From Craspedostauros australis (taxonomy: Eukaryota), in assembly GCA_030167865.1 (NCBI GenBank), contig JALAGF010006574.1:1-60252 (forward strand): 60,252 nucleotides of DNA. Reading direction: 5' to 3'. The notes below the pieces were generated by a model. The model was given only the letters and a program-made list of their open reading frames with translations, searched no databases and was not told where the DNA came from. Shown in pieces: positions 22,425 to 35,729 of this stretch; within the stretch, counting starts at the first letter, position 1, and each line of letters starts with the position of its first letter. The position numbers and the translations under genes were made by a program.

Positions 22425-24612
22425 GCAATACACCAGGATTATGAGCACACGGCAGCATGACAAGACGAGGACAAAGGACATCGTTGCTGATACTCTTCTT
22501 CTTTCTGCGATTACCGATGTATTCTTGTGCACCATACGTAAGCACTTGTCCAATGTAGACCATTGTCATGCCACCATAACACAATGCATGCTCTCGACTG
22601 GTCTTTCATAACAGTTGCGACCTTGTCTCCCTCGCGTAGATGCTCGCGCGACCATGGTGGACACTTCGCGGACTTTCCACGACAGGCCATTCTGCTTGTT
22701 TTCGACCGTGAGGCTCTTCGCGCACCTAATTTCTATAATTTGGCCGTTGGTTCGTACAGCCGTTGAGTTCTGACGAAAACGCGTGAGACTTGTACCGTTA
22801 CAACAACAAGAAAAACAGGGTTGTGCGCTGGCAGAAAAAGACGCGCACCTCAAATCTTTCGGCCAGGAGACAACTCGACTCTCCTCGACTCAGCTGGACT
22901 CAACCCGATTGCATCGCATTGCATCTCATCACACTGTATTCGGCCACTCCTCTTGGACAGCTGCATTCTATAATCACATAATCGCACACAATCGCACACA
23001 ATCGCACACAACCACCAAATCAAGGCAACATCATGGCGAAACTTGGACAATCAACACAGAAGGACGGGCAGAAGTGCACAATGCTCCTGCCGACGATCCT
23101 GCTCGCTGCCATGTTCGTCATTCAACTCCAATCCACCAACTTCACACGCACCATATCCGAAAGCAAGAAGGACACTTCCAACAACTCCTCCGCTCAATCT
23201 GTTCTGAGTTCGGCTACAGTCGTCAAGACGCAAGCGACCCCATGTCGACGACAGCTGGCACCAAAACTCCACAAGTCGCAGTTCGAAGAAGACAAGAACC
23301 TCCTGAATTGGTTCAGCAACCTCTGCGGTGGCACCTACATCGAAATGGGCGCCCTCGACGGCCTTCAGTACAGCAATTCCTACGTCTTCAACACAGGTTT
23401 GGACTGGAAGGGCGTCCTGATCGAGGCTGACCCCATCAGCTACGAGAAAGTGCTGGTGAATCGCCCCAACGAGCTCGCCAGGATCCACGCAGGTGTCTGC
23501 ATGGAAGAGCAGGACTTGCATTGGGTGCAGGTCAAGAACACTCCTGCCGTGTCTGGATTCTTTGAATTCGCCGCGGAACAATTCAAGGCCAAATGGTGGA
23601 ATAAGGAGCTCATCGACAACGCCATTGTCGTGAAATGCCGTCGGTTGGACAAGATTCTGCAGGAGGCTGTGGGCGATTCGTTCCACTTCGACTTCTTCTC
23701 CCTGGATGTCGAGGGTGCCGAGCTGCTGGCGGTGGAGTCGCTCAATTTCGACCAGTACCAATTCGGTGCCATCCTCGTCGAAGCCGACGGAAGGAATGGG
23801 CGCAAGGATCAATCCATCAAGGCCATCCTGGAACGTGCTGGGTACGAATACTTCGGCAAAATCAATCGATCGAACTGGTTCGTCAACAAGAACTTTGATC
23901 GGATCTACAAAGATGTTGTCTACGCCACGAACTAGGGAGCAAGGAAGGACCGGTAGCAACCACAGTAGTATATAACATTACGCAAGATCTATACAATGGA
24001 GTGCGCTGAATCATCTTTACAGTTGCAAACAATCTGCAGGACATGGAGTGGGGCAATCCTTTCTGAAGCACGGCTATTGTTCGAGAGTGCAGAATAGAGC
24101 AGGCTGCTTTACTCTATGTACAAATAATGATAAAATACTGAGAGAATCCACTAACCAGGTCTTTTTTTTAGACCAAAGTTCACTCACCAGGTCGTTTTGG
24201 TGCCTGGCCAATCACAATGGCCGAACTGTTGACAGGCGTGTCCTTGCGACAACGACGAAAATATTAATTTAGCTGCGAAACACCATGAAACCGTATGAAG
24301 ATCAGCAGCATGTTGGTGGCATTTTGTAGTCTATTTTTGAAGGCAAACAATCGCCCACAAAACTCGACAACTGGTGTTATCGTGAGTGCATCGAATGTGA
24401 TCTGCAGGATCATGGGGGAGCAATACATCATGATCCTGAGCGCATGGCAGCATGGCAATACGAGGACAAAGGACATCGTTGCTGATACTCTTCTTCTTTC
24501 TGCGATTACCGATGTATTCTTGTGCACCATACGTATGCACTTGTCCAATGTAGACGATTGTCGTACCACCATAAACCATTGCGTGCTCAACTGGCGTTTC
24601 ATGTCAGCTGCA
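22425..24612. repeat. Dispersed direct repeat, ~190 bp (22425-22620 / 24420-24612), with a 76-bp identical core (22465-22540 / 24460-24535)
   Basis: ACGAGGACAAAGGACATCGTTGCTGATACTCTTC...CACCATACGTA occurs twice and brackets the FkbM gene. Confidence 0.9.
23033..23935 (+). CDS. FkbM-family (Methyltransf_21) methyltransferase with N-terminal membrane anchor
   Basis: GTYIEMGALDG..YSNS, WKGVLIEA and FDFFSLDVEGAEL motifs; hydrophobic anchor LLPTILLAAMFVI. Confidence 0.93.
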   Translation: MAKLGQSTQKDGQKCTMLLPTILLAAMFVIQLQSTNFTRTISESKKDTSNNSSAQSVLSSATVVKTQATPCRRQLAPKLHKSQFEEDKNLLNWFSNLCGGTYIEMGALDGLQYSNSYVFNTGLDWKGVLIEADPISYEKVLVNRPNELARIHAGVCMEEQDLHWVQVKNTPAVSGFFEFAAEQFKAKWWNKELIDNAIVVKCRRLDKILQEAVGDSFHFDFFSLDVEGAELLAVESLNFDQYQFGAILVEADGRNGRKDQSIKAILERAGYEYFGKINRSNWFVNKNFDRIYKDVVYATN

Positions 24613-26919
24613 ATGACTCCTGTAGCTGCAATCCATTATCTTGTCCGCGGCGGACATCGAGATCACGGATCAGCAAGCGTTGATGCTGCAACCTTGCCTG
24701 TTTCACGTACCACCACAATCCGACAAGAGCAACCAGCGCACCGACGATGAGAATGGGGATAGTGTCCACAAGTTCTCGCATAAAATCGCTGTCGTCCGAT
24801 TCATTGTCCAAGTCACAGTCAACGTCAAAGTCAAAGCCAAAATCATCATTCTCAACGCAATGGTTGGTGGCCGCAAAGCGCCGCCATTCCCGAATCACAA
24901 GGTAGATGGCGGTAAATGCCATCAAGATGAAGTCGTAGCTGCCATGCAGCCACCATGCCGGGCGGATGATGCGCCCCGTTTGCATCGTGCGATCCTTCTC
25001 CAAGTCACGACGGCACACGCCGATGGATTGCATCGCGGCGCACAGCGGATGCACCGGCAGCAGCGATCGCAGCACCAGCGTGATGATTTCAACCGACGCG
25101 TCCGGTTTGGAGTAGAGGAAAACGTAGAGGAGGTTCTCGGCACACGCAAAGCCGACAGCCGTGGAGACCATGGCGATGGTGATGGCGGATCCCTTGGAGA
25201 TGTTGCTTTTGCGTTTGCCAACGACTGCGCCTTCGCCGTGACTGGTTGTCGCAGAATCGGCGGAATCCACCATGTCGGGATGTTCGACCATCCAAAAGCA
25301 GAGATACTTGGAGAGCTCTTCCACCAGGGCTGCCACGATGAAGGCATTCAGGAGGGCCTTGAAGACGATTTGGAAAATGATGAAGACAAGAATGTCTGCC
25401 CCAACTCTGCCTCCTCCGCTCCCTGCGTTGCTTGCTACCGAAGCATCCGCGAAGATGAAGAGCGCACCAATCGCTCCTGTCAACAGAACGATGGTGGAGG
25501 TGATGATGGATGCAATGGTCTCGTATGCAAGTGAAATTCCGCTGCAGATGACGAAGCCGGATGCGAAGTACTTAATGACGGCATCCAGCGAGATGTCGAA
25601 GCGGTGGTTGGTCCAGTACACGAAGTACATGATCACAGCTGGTTGCAGGAGCGCGGCAATGAGCTGTGTATTGTCGTAATTCAATGGATGTGATGTGCGG
25701 AACGAGCGGGTGGGTGAGAAGGCGAGTGAGTGAGTGAAGTGGAAGGAGAGGAGCGCCGCTGCACCGACGGCAAGTAGCGCGATTCAGGTCAACTTACGAT
25801 AGGGAATTGCCAAATGGGCATGTAGAGGAATGGCAGAACTGCCAGGACCATGACGATGACGACCAGGATCATCGTCACCTTGATGATGTTGCGAGACAGC
25901 TGAGACAAGGCACCGTAGTGTGCCGACCACGACGAGTCCGCCGAATCTCGCACACGTCGGATCTGCGTGTCGTACTCGGACCAAGGCTGGATGGTGACGT
26001 AGTCGTGTTCCCAACGGGGTTGGCCTTCGCTGCTGCTTTCGGGCAGAGTGATGGCCAAGTGACGGTGCTCCTGTGCGATGGCGCACATTCCGCAGCACAT
26101 GCACCAGGAGTTGCAGCACCCCCCGCAGCACGAGGCCGCGATGAATCTCCAAAGCCTTGTGCAGAAGTCGTACACCTCATCCTCCGAAGACCCCCCACTA
26201 GCATGAGCAGCACTAGGTGGTCCGACAGAGTCCTTCGAAAAGCACGCGCAGCACATGTGCGCTCGGCTGATCTCCATTTGATGTTGGTACAGATAATACT
26301 GCAGATCCCGATTCTCGTGCTCCGGAATAGTCTCGGGGTTTTGGTGTGGATGCTCGCGATAGTACTGCGCCTTGGCCAGTTTCAAGCGGAGGCTGCGGCG
26401 ATCGCCCTGGAACTTGCAAAGGACGACGATCATGCCAAATACGATACCCGCGAAGCAGATGAGTCCCACCCTCTGCGACCTGATGTCGAACTGGGAGTAG
26501 ATGAAACCCACCAGCGCAAGCGCCGTGACCATGGCAATGGCGTGAGGACGTTCCTTCCAGGGCTTGGGCATGGTGCCGTCGAACATGAACTGGTTGCGTT
26601 CCCACAGCCACACCCCGCAGCATGCCATGGCACACGCATCCGTGCGCGAGAAGCGGTGGGATTGGAACATGCCGCAGATGGACGAAGAGAAGATGCCGAG
26701 ATACGATACGTCGTTGGTGTTGCCTGCTGCGTCATAGGTTGTGGCACTTGTAGCCGAATCGCTGTACGCACGCTGGTTGGGGCTCGCATCCCCATCAATG
26801 GCGAGAGTCACCGGAGTGCCAGTCGCCTGAGGCAAGGCCTGAGGCGGATACTTGTTGTTGGTATCCTCGACGTCGGCAGCCGGTGGCTCGAGGTTGGCTG
26901 GCACGTAGCCTCCTTTCAT
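24599..26919 (-). CDS. PLAC8-like domain fused to a PrsW-family intramembrane metalloprotease (~728 aa); exons 26919-25798 and 25663-24599
   Basis: Phase-0 intron 25797-25664 (GTAAGT..ACACAG) joins the two ORFs. Exon 1: CAMACCG.W and CCG.CAIAQEHRHL. Exon 2: AALVEELSKY, GFACAENLLY, HPLCAA, LHGSYD. Confidence 0.85.
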
Positions 26920-27803
26920 CGTGTTGGCTTGTTTGTTCCTTCAACCTTTCTTGATTGTGTTGCTTGTCCAGACTATTTGGATGATGTCGCGTTTTGTGTG
27001 ATGAATCTCAATTTGGGGCAATGAGAGCTGCGGGGATTGGTGTTCTGATCGAAGCCTGTGGTGGCGGCTGTCGCCTCTGCTACAGACCTCCACAAGGACG
27101 GCCCATCGCTTGCCACGCACCACTTCGGCTTCTGTTGGTTGCACGAACCAGCCATTTCAAACACAACTTGATGCCAAGTGATGCTCGTCTGTGCAGAACT
27201 TCACAGTTCTCGTAGCGTTTGATGTCACAAGATCTTTTCGCATCGCGTGTTCGCGTTCGTTTTTGTTGCTGAGTCGATTCAGTCGGTTTGCGCAGGTTGT
27301 CCCAACCGCGTTCTTTGCGGCACCCAGCTGGAATTCAGTCAGGGACACACTATCTCTAAACGTCTCATGTCCCACTTCGATGCTAAAGAAATAGCATCAC
27401 ACAATCCGTTCCGACTCCGACGACTCCGATGGTCTCCTTCTCCTCTGCTTTCCATCAGCGTATCTTTACCTGATCGATCGGATTCAAACCCTCTGGAACT
27501 ATGCTCTTCAGATCCTTTGGACTGCAAACCTTCTCGATTCCTTAGTGTACTACAACACCTACATCATCATGACGGCAATGTCTTGGAGATCCAACCTGTT
27601 TCAATGACAGCAGGGAATCCAACAGCGAATTCTGACAACAACGGCTGCACCCACTTGATTGCAGCTTGAACAGAATGCTGAGTGTTGCGATCTATTCTAT
27701 TATACAATCCTAACGAATATTCTGATGACTATTTTTATCCATCAACTCAATTCCGCCATGCGTCCACTTCTGGAAGACTGCTGTTATGGTATGATATGAT
27801 ATG

Positions 27804-29555
27804 CTATGGTCTGGTACTCCACTCCTCTTGTTCAGCAGCACCATCCGTCTCAATCATTTTGGATGATTTGGTACTCATGGAGCGGGCGAAGTCCACCAAT
27901 GTCACCCGATCCATGCATAAATCCACTTGTGCTGTACCCTCATCCTCATCTACAACCTTGTACAGCTCCACCATGGACATACGACTGTACTCATCATCAA
28001 TACCATCACTCTCTGCTCCCCCACTGCAGAGGACATCAATGTCTCTCATCAGTTGGGGTTGTAGAATCTGCTTGCTGAAACCTGGATGAGTGAACATATC
28101 TTTCTCACATTCAGGTGCCATTCTCATTGCTGCATCCTTCAACACCACGCCGTTGTATTGATGAGCGAATATCAACATATCTATCATGGTGTCTTCTGTG
28201 AGATGCTTGTGGGCCAACTCCACTTCAAGAACAAGCTTGAGTCGCCAGAAGCCGAACTCGTTGGCCACAAGGATCAGCTGTTGCAGATCATCCTGTCCAG
28301 TGAGGATGGGAGTTGGCTGGTGAGAGGCATCTGCATCGTGGTGAGCGTCGGCGGAAGCGCCAACATGAGCGCCGATGTGAGCAGCAGCTTTGTCACGAGT
28401 GCTGTCATCAAGGATATCTCACCTGTGTAGATGTATTGGAGGACGTGTCGGACGTGTTTTGGTTGAAGGTTGGGAAGAGGGACAGTTACTTGCATGGGGC
28501 CGCGCCGTCTTCGGTGCCATCATTCGCGCATTGATTTTGGACTCCAGAGTTGATCAGTGAATGGATGGAACAGTGACCATGAGGACTCTGGAGTTTGCCT
28601 TGATTGCTTGTTGTTGGCTGCCTTGTCCACACAAGAGGATGGTGGCTGTCCTGTTCTCAATTTAAAAGGATCTGAGCCAGTCTTCTCAAATGCTGATGTT
28701 GGTCCTCTTGTGGCTACTGTGTTTGTGTTGATTCTCTTGCTTCTTCCGTTTCAACTGCTGTCCCAACTGTTTTTGTGGTTGTTCATTCTCTTGTTTGTTT
28801 TGTTGTAAGCATTGTTACAGTTGTGGGTGAACTGAAGGCGAAAGTCCTCTAATGAGGGACTCAATACACTCCAGCTTGCCATAGCGGCATGCGAAATGAA
28901 GGGGAGTGTAACCATTGTTGTTATTGCAGTTGATGTTCGCTCCAGCTGATTCGACGAGGTACTCCACACACTCCAGCCGGCCAGAGCGGCATGCCATATG
29001 AAGGGGAGTGTCACTATCGTTGTTGTTGCAGTTGATGTTCGCCTCGCATGATTCGATGAGGTACTTGACACACTCCAGGTGGCTCTTCATGCATGCGCAA
29101 TGAAGGGGAGTGGAACCATGGCTGGTTTCGCAGTTGATGTCTGCCTCACATGATTCGATGAGGTACTTGACACACTCCAGGTGGCCATCGAAGCATGCCT
29201 CATGAAGGGGGGTGGCACTATCGCTGGTTTCGCAGTTGGCATTGGCCCCGCATGATTCGATGAGGTACTTCACACACTCCAGTTGGCCCTCGAGGCATGC
29301 CTCATGAAGGGGAGTGGCACCACAGTAGTTTTTGCAGTTGATGTTCGCCTCGCAAGATTCGATGAGGTACTTCACACACTCCAGGTGGCCCCAGCAGCAT
29401 GCATCATGAAGGGGAGTGAAACCCACCATGTCTGCAATCTTGTTGATATCAACTTGTTTGTTCTGCGCCTTGTTCTGTTTCTTCCATTCCTTCAACACCG
29501 ACAAGTCACCTGCCCTGGCTGCATCAATGAGTTGGTCGTCTGTGATATTCGGCAT
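27804..29555 (-). pseudogene. Ankyrin repeat-coiled coil-BTB gene, copy A (disrupted; ANK part open 28815-29555)
   Basis: Six TPLH ankyrin repeats; in-frame stops at 28815, 28686 and 28662, then frameshifts; BTB/BACK-like remnants HVLQYIYTGEI and ANEFGFWRLKLVLE...LKDAAM. Confidence 0.85.
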
Positions 29556-31764
29556 TTTGAGAGGATGGTCGATTGATGCTGGACGATTGGCGTTGGACGA
29601 TGGACGTTGGACTGGCTGTCGAAGAAGTGTGTAGTCTGAGCTGTCGATGGTAGAGATATCGATGGTGTGTCTTCAATAGCTTGTATTAGTATGAGTACCA
29701 TGCACTGTGTGATGAATATGAGTGGCAATTCGATGTCTGATGTTGATGTGCTCGAGTATGGTGTTGAGTGGTGTAGTCGTATGTTGTTGTCCTGTCCGCA
29801 TGGTCTCCTCCTTCTGTTTTTCTGTGTTTGCCTCCTTCTCTTGATCGCGCCCGTCTGGTTCGTGTGGTTTGGATCCTCCTGTTCGCATGCATGAAGGAAA
29901 CGCACACAGACAACAACACGAAAGAAGCACCACAACAGAGTTCTCTTTTGCGATCTTCGAAAACCCGAATCTTCGACTGATTCGACTACGATCAAGACCA
30001 TCGAAGAAGATCAACGAATGCGAGAGATCATTGATGGTGACACGCCAATGGTTCGAAATGGTCGTTGGGTGTTTCCATTGGTCTGAACGGTGTTGCGGCG
30101 TGGGTCTGCCTCCGACAACTTGACTTCGGTCACAATCAACACCACATCAATTCGAAGCAAACAACGCGGAAGTCTCCGGAGACTGAGAGACAGAGAGACA
30201 GAGAGAGAGAGGGAGCTGCCATCACCACCACCATGTACACCATGACCCACGCTTGCTTGTGTTATGGTGGCATCTGCAAGACCGCTGACGCTTGTCCGCC
30301 TGTCATCACAAGCACCAACTTGAGGTTCGAACCAATGCTTCGAACAACGATGAAGCCACTGATGTGACTGCGTTTGTTGGTTGCCTTTGTTGGTTGCCTT
30401 TGGTGGTCGCGACCCATCTCATTTGGATTTGGCTGGTTGCCATCCCATCGTTTTGCAACCATCACCATCCGCACAGGCAACAAGAGTCCCCAACATCCAA
30501 CCAACACCAAACCAACACCACATTGCGCATTGGGATGGGTTGGCACCTTCAGCAATCAATAGGCGGAGTGATACCGTGACGCCTCCACTGTTCCTGCCGC
30601 ACGGACCACCAACATACAATACCATGCGCATTCTATCAATAGGCATGAGTGCCGCCGTCTTGGCTCGTGACTTCCAGAGCATTGATGCCCAACCGAGCTG
30701 ATTGACAGGAACATCCACCTCATCAACGAAGTTGGGAGCACCACAAAGGAGGATATGTGGGTGTACAGTGCGAATGGGCCATTGATCGCTGGCCACGTGC
30801 TTCGTGTGCCATATGGAACTCTGTGTCAACCATGATCCGCAATACAATACTCGCACTCTGCATGGGGTTGCTCGTTGGTTGGTTGGTTCGTTGGTTCCTT
30901 CTTTTGCTCGTCAAGATCTCTGGATGTTTGGACTGGGCTAGCTCGTCGGTTCTTGTCTTTCCGCCACGCTGGCACTGCTCGCTTCGAAGATTGGAATGGA
31001 TGGTAATCCCAGTATTTGTTGCTTCAACAGTGAATGGTCACTCCTCCTGGGACTTGGCGAGGGTCTCGACTGCAGTTTTGGCACAATGGCAAGAGTGCAA
31101 CTCATGGAGAGATGAGGACAATAGCGCGATACGGGACGGTCGATGGAGACGCACAGCAACCATGCCCCTCGCGGCTTCCCATCATTTCCCTCTGCCTTGT
31201 TCGTCATGTGCTCTTCGTAGATCGCCTCTTCCAGAAACTTGGATCGGCTGGCGTCGGCACTGTCGCTTTCAATCTGCTTGGCAGTGTGACTTGGAGTGGA
31301 GTGTTCTGTGTGTGAATCTGGCTGCACGGCGACGACCGCACAGCTTGTGAAAATGGTGCTGCCATGCATCCTTTGTCTGCGCAACGAACCAACAACGATG
31401 CTGATGGCAGAGTGCGGATGGAACCACAGATGTCCAATCTGCTCGTGAATGACATCAACAACATCCCTGTGTGTATGTACCGCAGAGAGCGGGCCAGACA
31501 AGTCGTAGACAAGGCGGAGGCAGCGTGGGAGCAGTACCCAGCCCTTCAATCTCTTGGAACATCCGGTGCCTTCGTCACAGCATTCTATTGTACAAGTAGA
31601 TACAGTGCATGCGGTACTGTTCCAATCATACAGATTATAGAGCATTACAGTCTATTCGTAGGTGTATTAAATTACAGCGACGTGAGTCTACCACATCTCA
31701 AGCAGTATGATACGAGTACGGAGCGGCCCCTCCATCTCATTCCATCCCATCGTGTCGTGATGCA

Positions 31765-34240
31765 TCACAGGGTGGGAGTGTTGGTACCATTCATCGAGCG
31801 ATCGTTGTACTGAGACGCGCTCTTGCTCCTGACCGCTTTCTTTGGTGCGAGTTGCGGTGGCTTTGTGCCAGACAGCTTCTCATGGTAGACAGCATCCCGA
31901 GTCGACGATCTGCTTCGTCCACGATGATTTGATTGAAGGGCCCCGCGTGATGACGAATATTTGTTGCCATGTTGTTGTTTGCCACGTCGTCCATTGTCAT
32001 CTCTCTCATTGCTGTGCCGCTCGACCCTGTAATTTCGATATCCTCTTGATCTGCTTCGTTGTCGCGCCGATGGTGATCGTTCATGGGAGGACTTCCTTCG
32101 ACAATCTTCGCCCATCTTCGGCACGTGGTGTCGATTGGCTACAGCCACGTTGATTTGGTCTCCGCGGACTTCCTCGGGCGTGCTTTCGGGGAAGGTGAAC
32201 CCTTGCGCCATTGCAAACCAGTACCAGTGGAGTGCGCATTTGAGTTGGTTTCGCGTGAACGTGAGGCTGTGTTCATGTCATCCGAGCTGCCAGCTGTTCG
32301 TTGTCGCCGCGATGATGGCGATGAGTCCATCGATGCTTGCGCAGTTCTTCTGTGGTCGCGATCGGACGGGCTTCAACGACTCCGCGCCGATGGGGAGCGG
32401 CGGCTTCTTTCAGAGGAGGAAGTGTGAATTGCTCCGTCGCGACGATGACGCAATGATGACGAACGCTCCAGACTCTTTGATCATGACGATGTCGCGTGCG
32501 GCTTGCCACTGGCGTGCTGTGCGCTTCTACGCCGATGCCGTGGCGACGGTGATCTCGATGGTAATATCAATGGTGATGACACACCTCTTGTTTTGCTGAA
32601 GTGGTGACGTCGGGGCCCATTGCCAAGCACCTTGGAGATACTTTCCTTGATCGCCTCGCGCAGAGCACCCGTGCTTCGTCCGCGTGAACGTCGTTGCTTT
32701 GAGTCTTCACTTGGGCACAACGAACTGCATGCGGATCTGTTGCGAGAAGGAGTCACCTGGTCCTTCTTGCTCGATTGCAATTCGATTCCCAAACTCAAGG
32801 CTCCAGGACTGGATGGGGCTTGGGGTTGTGGCCGAGACACCTCCGTGGTTGCGGTCGAACTGTTGAAGATTGAGTTTGGATTTGGACTGTGATGATGATG
32901 ATGACGGTGGCGACGATGATGGCGCCTTTGCGGATGCTTTGGTCAAGGCAAGGTCAGCCAATTGCGATGGTCGGGATTCGAGAGATGGTCGTTGCTTCGA
33001 TTTGGGAAGATTGGTCAACGACACTCCACGTAATGATGATCGTTTGGCCTTGAGGATGCTGTCCAACGTCGACCTGCGCTTGTTCAACGACCAAGACTGT
33101 TGTCTCTATTCATGTATGTGGCTGAACGGGGCTGGTGTAGATGCCGCACTCCGACCTCCAGGCGTGACAGGGGCCGCGGAGCTTCTCCCACCATTCGTTA
33201 CGGCAGCACTTGTCGCAACGTCGACGCTGCCATCGTCGTCGTCGTAGAGACTTGGCAGATTGGAGAGTGACTCCAGGCTCTCACTGCGTGACTTCTTCGT
33301 TGTTGCAACTCGAGGTAGAGCCAGCGTGCTGGCTGTACTCATCGCACCTGTTGTGCTGATGTGCCTGGAATGTTGTGTCCATCCTTCGAGAAATCCAAGA
33401 ATTCCAAACTCTTGCTCCTCGATTTGGCGCTGCTGGTCGTTCTGTTGGAATTCGTTGTTGGCCTTGGCCTGCGTCTCTGACTCTGCGCAAGCATCATCTT
33501 GTCTTGGCTGCTCCGTTCGCGGGTCGCGCCGAGTGCTGGGGCTGTGGCGAAGCTGAGTCCACCTGGGGTGTTTGGCACCGGCATCGATTCGTTGTTGTTG
33601 AACTTGCTGGGATCAAGGGAGCTGAATGACATCTCATGAGTTTGCATGTCGAGCATGTCCAGACTCTTCGCACGTGATGGTTTCACAGCCGAAGCTTTCG
33701 CATCTTGTGCTGTACTTCTATTGGCCCTGCTTGGTGTATCTGTGCTGACACTCGCACGACCACCTGATTTTGTAGTTGTGTCGGCCTCTTTGGCGATGCT
33801 GGTGGGCTCGCTCGCCTTCGATTTCGTGTCGGCCTGCTGCGGTTGCTTGGTCTCCGTTTGCTTCTCCGCTATCAGTCTGACACCCTCCTCTTCCAGCAAC
33901 TTCAATCGTCATGATCACATGACCGCACGGGCTGGACGAAGGTTCGAACAGAGTGTCAGGCTGGACGCTTTGCTATGGCAACTCCCAGAGTAGATCATAC
34001 TCATGGGAGGTTCCATACTCATAGTTGTACAACGGGTGGGTCAAGATGCGGAGCAACTGGCGAGCCTTCCCACAGTTCCTCTTGGATGTCGATGACTCAT
34101 CATCTTGTCTGATTGTCTGATTGTTTGTGTTGTTGGTGGTGGTACCAATGTGAAGGGATGCGGCGTCATTGGAGTGGTTGCCATCGTCATCGTCATCGTC
34201 ATCGTCATTGCCGAACAGAGTTGCGTTGCACGAAGACAAC
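31765..34240 (-). pseudogene. Disrupted gene for a long Ser/Arg-rich disordered protein
   Basis: Consecutive minus-strand ORFs of similar composition joined across stops (33106, 32481, 32373) and frameshifts; recurring SRxKSL[ED] motif. Ends are approximate. Confidence 0.55.
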
Positions 34241-35729
34241 GCATTGGTGATGTTGGTTGTGAGTGCGTGTGTGCGTCACTGGTTGAATGAACAACGGATG
34301 ACAGACAGACAAGTACTCAACAAACGCGCCAAAAATTCTTGACACCACCCGAAACAACGAATCTTCGATTTTGCACATGATCCATCAAACAACACCAACA
34401 CAACAAGAGAGAGAGAAAGATGAAATGGCATGACTATGTTTGCATTGATGGAGGTATCAGCCAACACTGAGACGTTGTCCGTCAAGCAACAAAGCAATGA
34501 AGTAATCAAGCAAGCGGCGGCTGCGCAAAATATGGTACGCCAACCAGAATCAACGAAGGCGGCCATGGCAAGAGACGATGATGATGCCGATGATGATGAT
34601 GATGATGAATGACGAGCAGTGATGAACAGCGATCTCCAACGTGCCACATCACTCAGAAACATCAGAAAGGAAGATATCACACCAACTGCTCCGGAGTAGA
34701 GAAGATCTTGGGACATAGTCAATCGCAGCGCCAACAACAGAACCAACAGCCATGGCAAGACATGTCATGGCCCATGGTGTGGTCTGGATTCAAGTCATCA
34801 GCAGCCGCGCCCACCCACATAAACGTCCAATGCGCTGTCGGCAACGGAGATTCAGCACATGTTGGATGGGTGCATCTGTGAGATCGGACTCAGCGACTTC
34901 TTCCGACACCAACAGAGCCTGTTGTTCGGAGGTGTTCCTCAGTCCCCACTACACGTACCACAACCAGCCACGCCTGTTCATACCGATGCTCGAAGCGATA
35001 CGTTGCCACCACAAACCGCAAACGGTGAGACAGAGGCACTGTCTCGCCGGATCCACCATTACTGAAATCGTGTGCAATGACATCGGCAACTTCTCCCATG
35101 GCTCGTCATCTTTGTCGGCCATACCTATCGAAAACCATGCAGCTGTTGGCATGCGCTTGTGCCCTGCGCGACATCATGCACGAACTGCAGCACCACTACC
35201 ACCAACAAGCTGACAGCCGTAGCACATCCCGCTCCGTCACGTTGGATTCGATTCCTACAAGCCATGCATGACGCCAACAGGGTCCACCATCGTTTCCCAC
35301 GCACCTCCTTCCACACCCACGAAACCAACGAACGCGGAAACCAAATGATCGGCAATGACGACTATGACGATGACAGCGGTGGCTGAACCATCTTCTTCAT
35401 GTCGCATTGGCCAATGACGCTGCACACCAACGTGCCTTACGCCAACCAGGATCATCTGCAATTCATGCACAGAAGATTATGCGCATCTCGCGGCCCAACC
35501 AAACCGTGCTGCGAACGATACGGTAGTGCATGGAGCAGCATGCTGTGCACATCACCAAAGGCGACGGTGAAGGAATGCCGGACGCACCATTGAATGAATG
35601 GATTACGAATTGCTCCAGCTCCTTTCACATCGTTACTATCCTAATGACTATCCTGACGACTATTTTTATCCGTCGACTCAATTCTGTCATGCGTCCACTT
35701 GTGGAAGATTTCTGTTATGATTTGGTATG

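Noticed and set aside
30380..31650. Coding-like fragments on the plus strand (similar ones at 34750-35600)
   Set aside because: Many stops and no identifiable family; may be pseudogene debris but cannot be supported.
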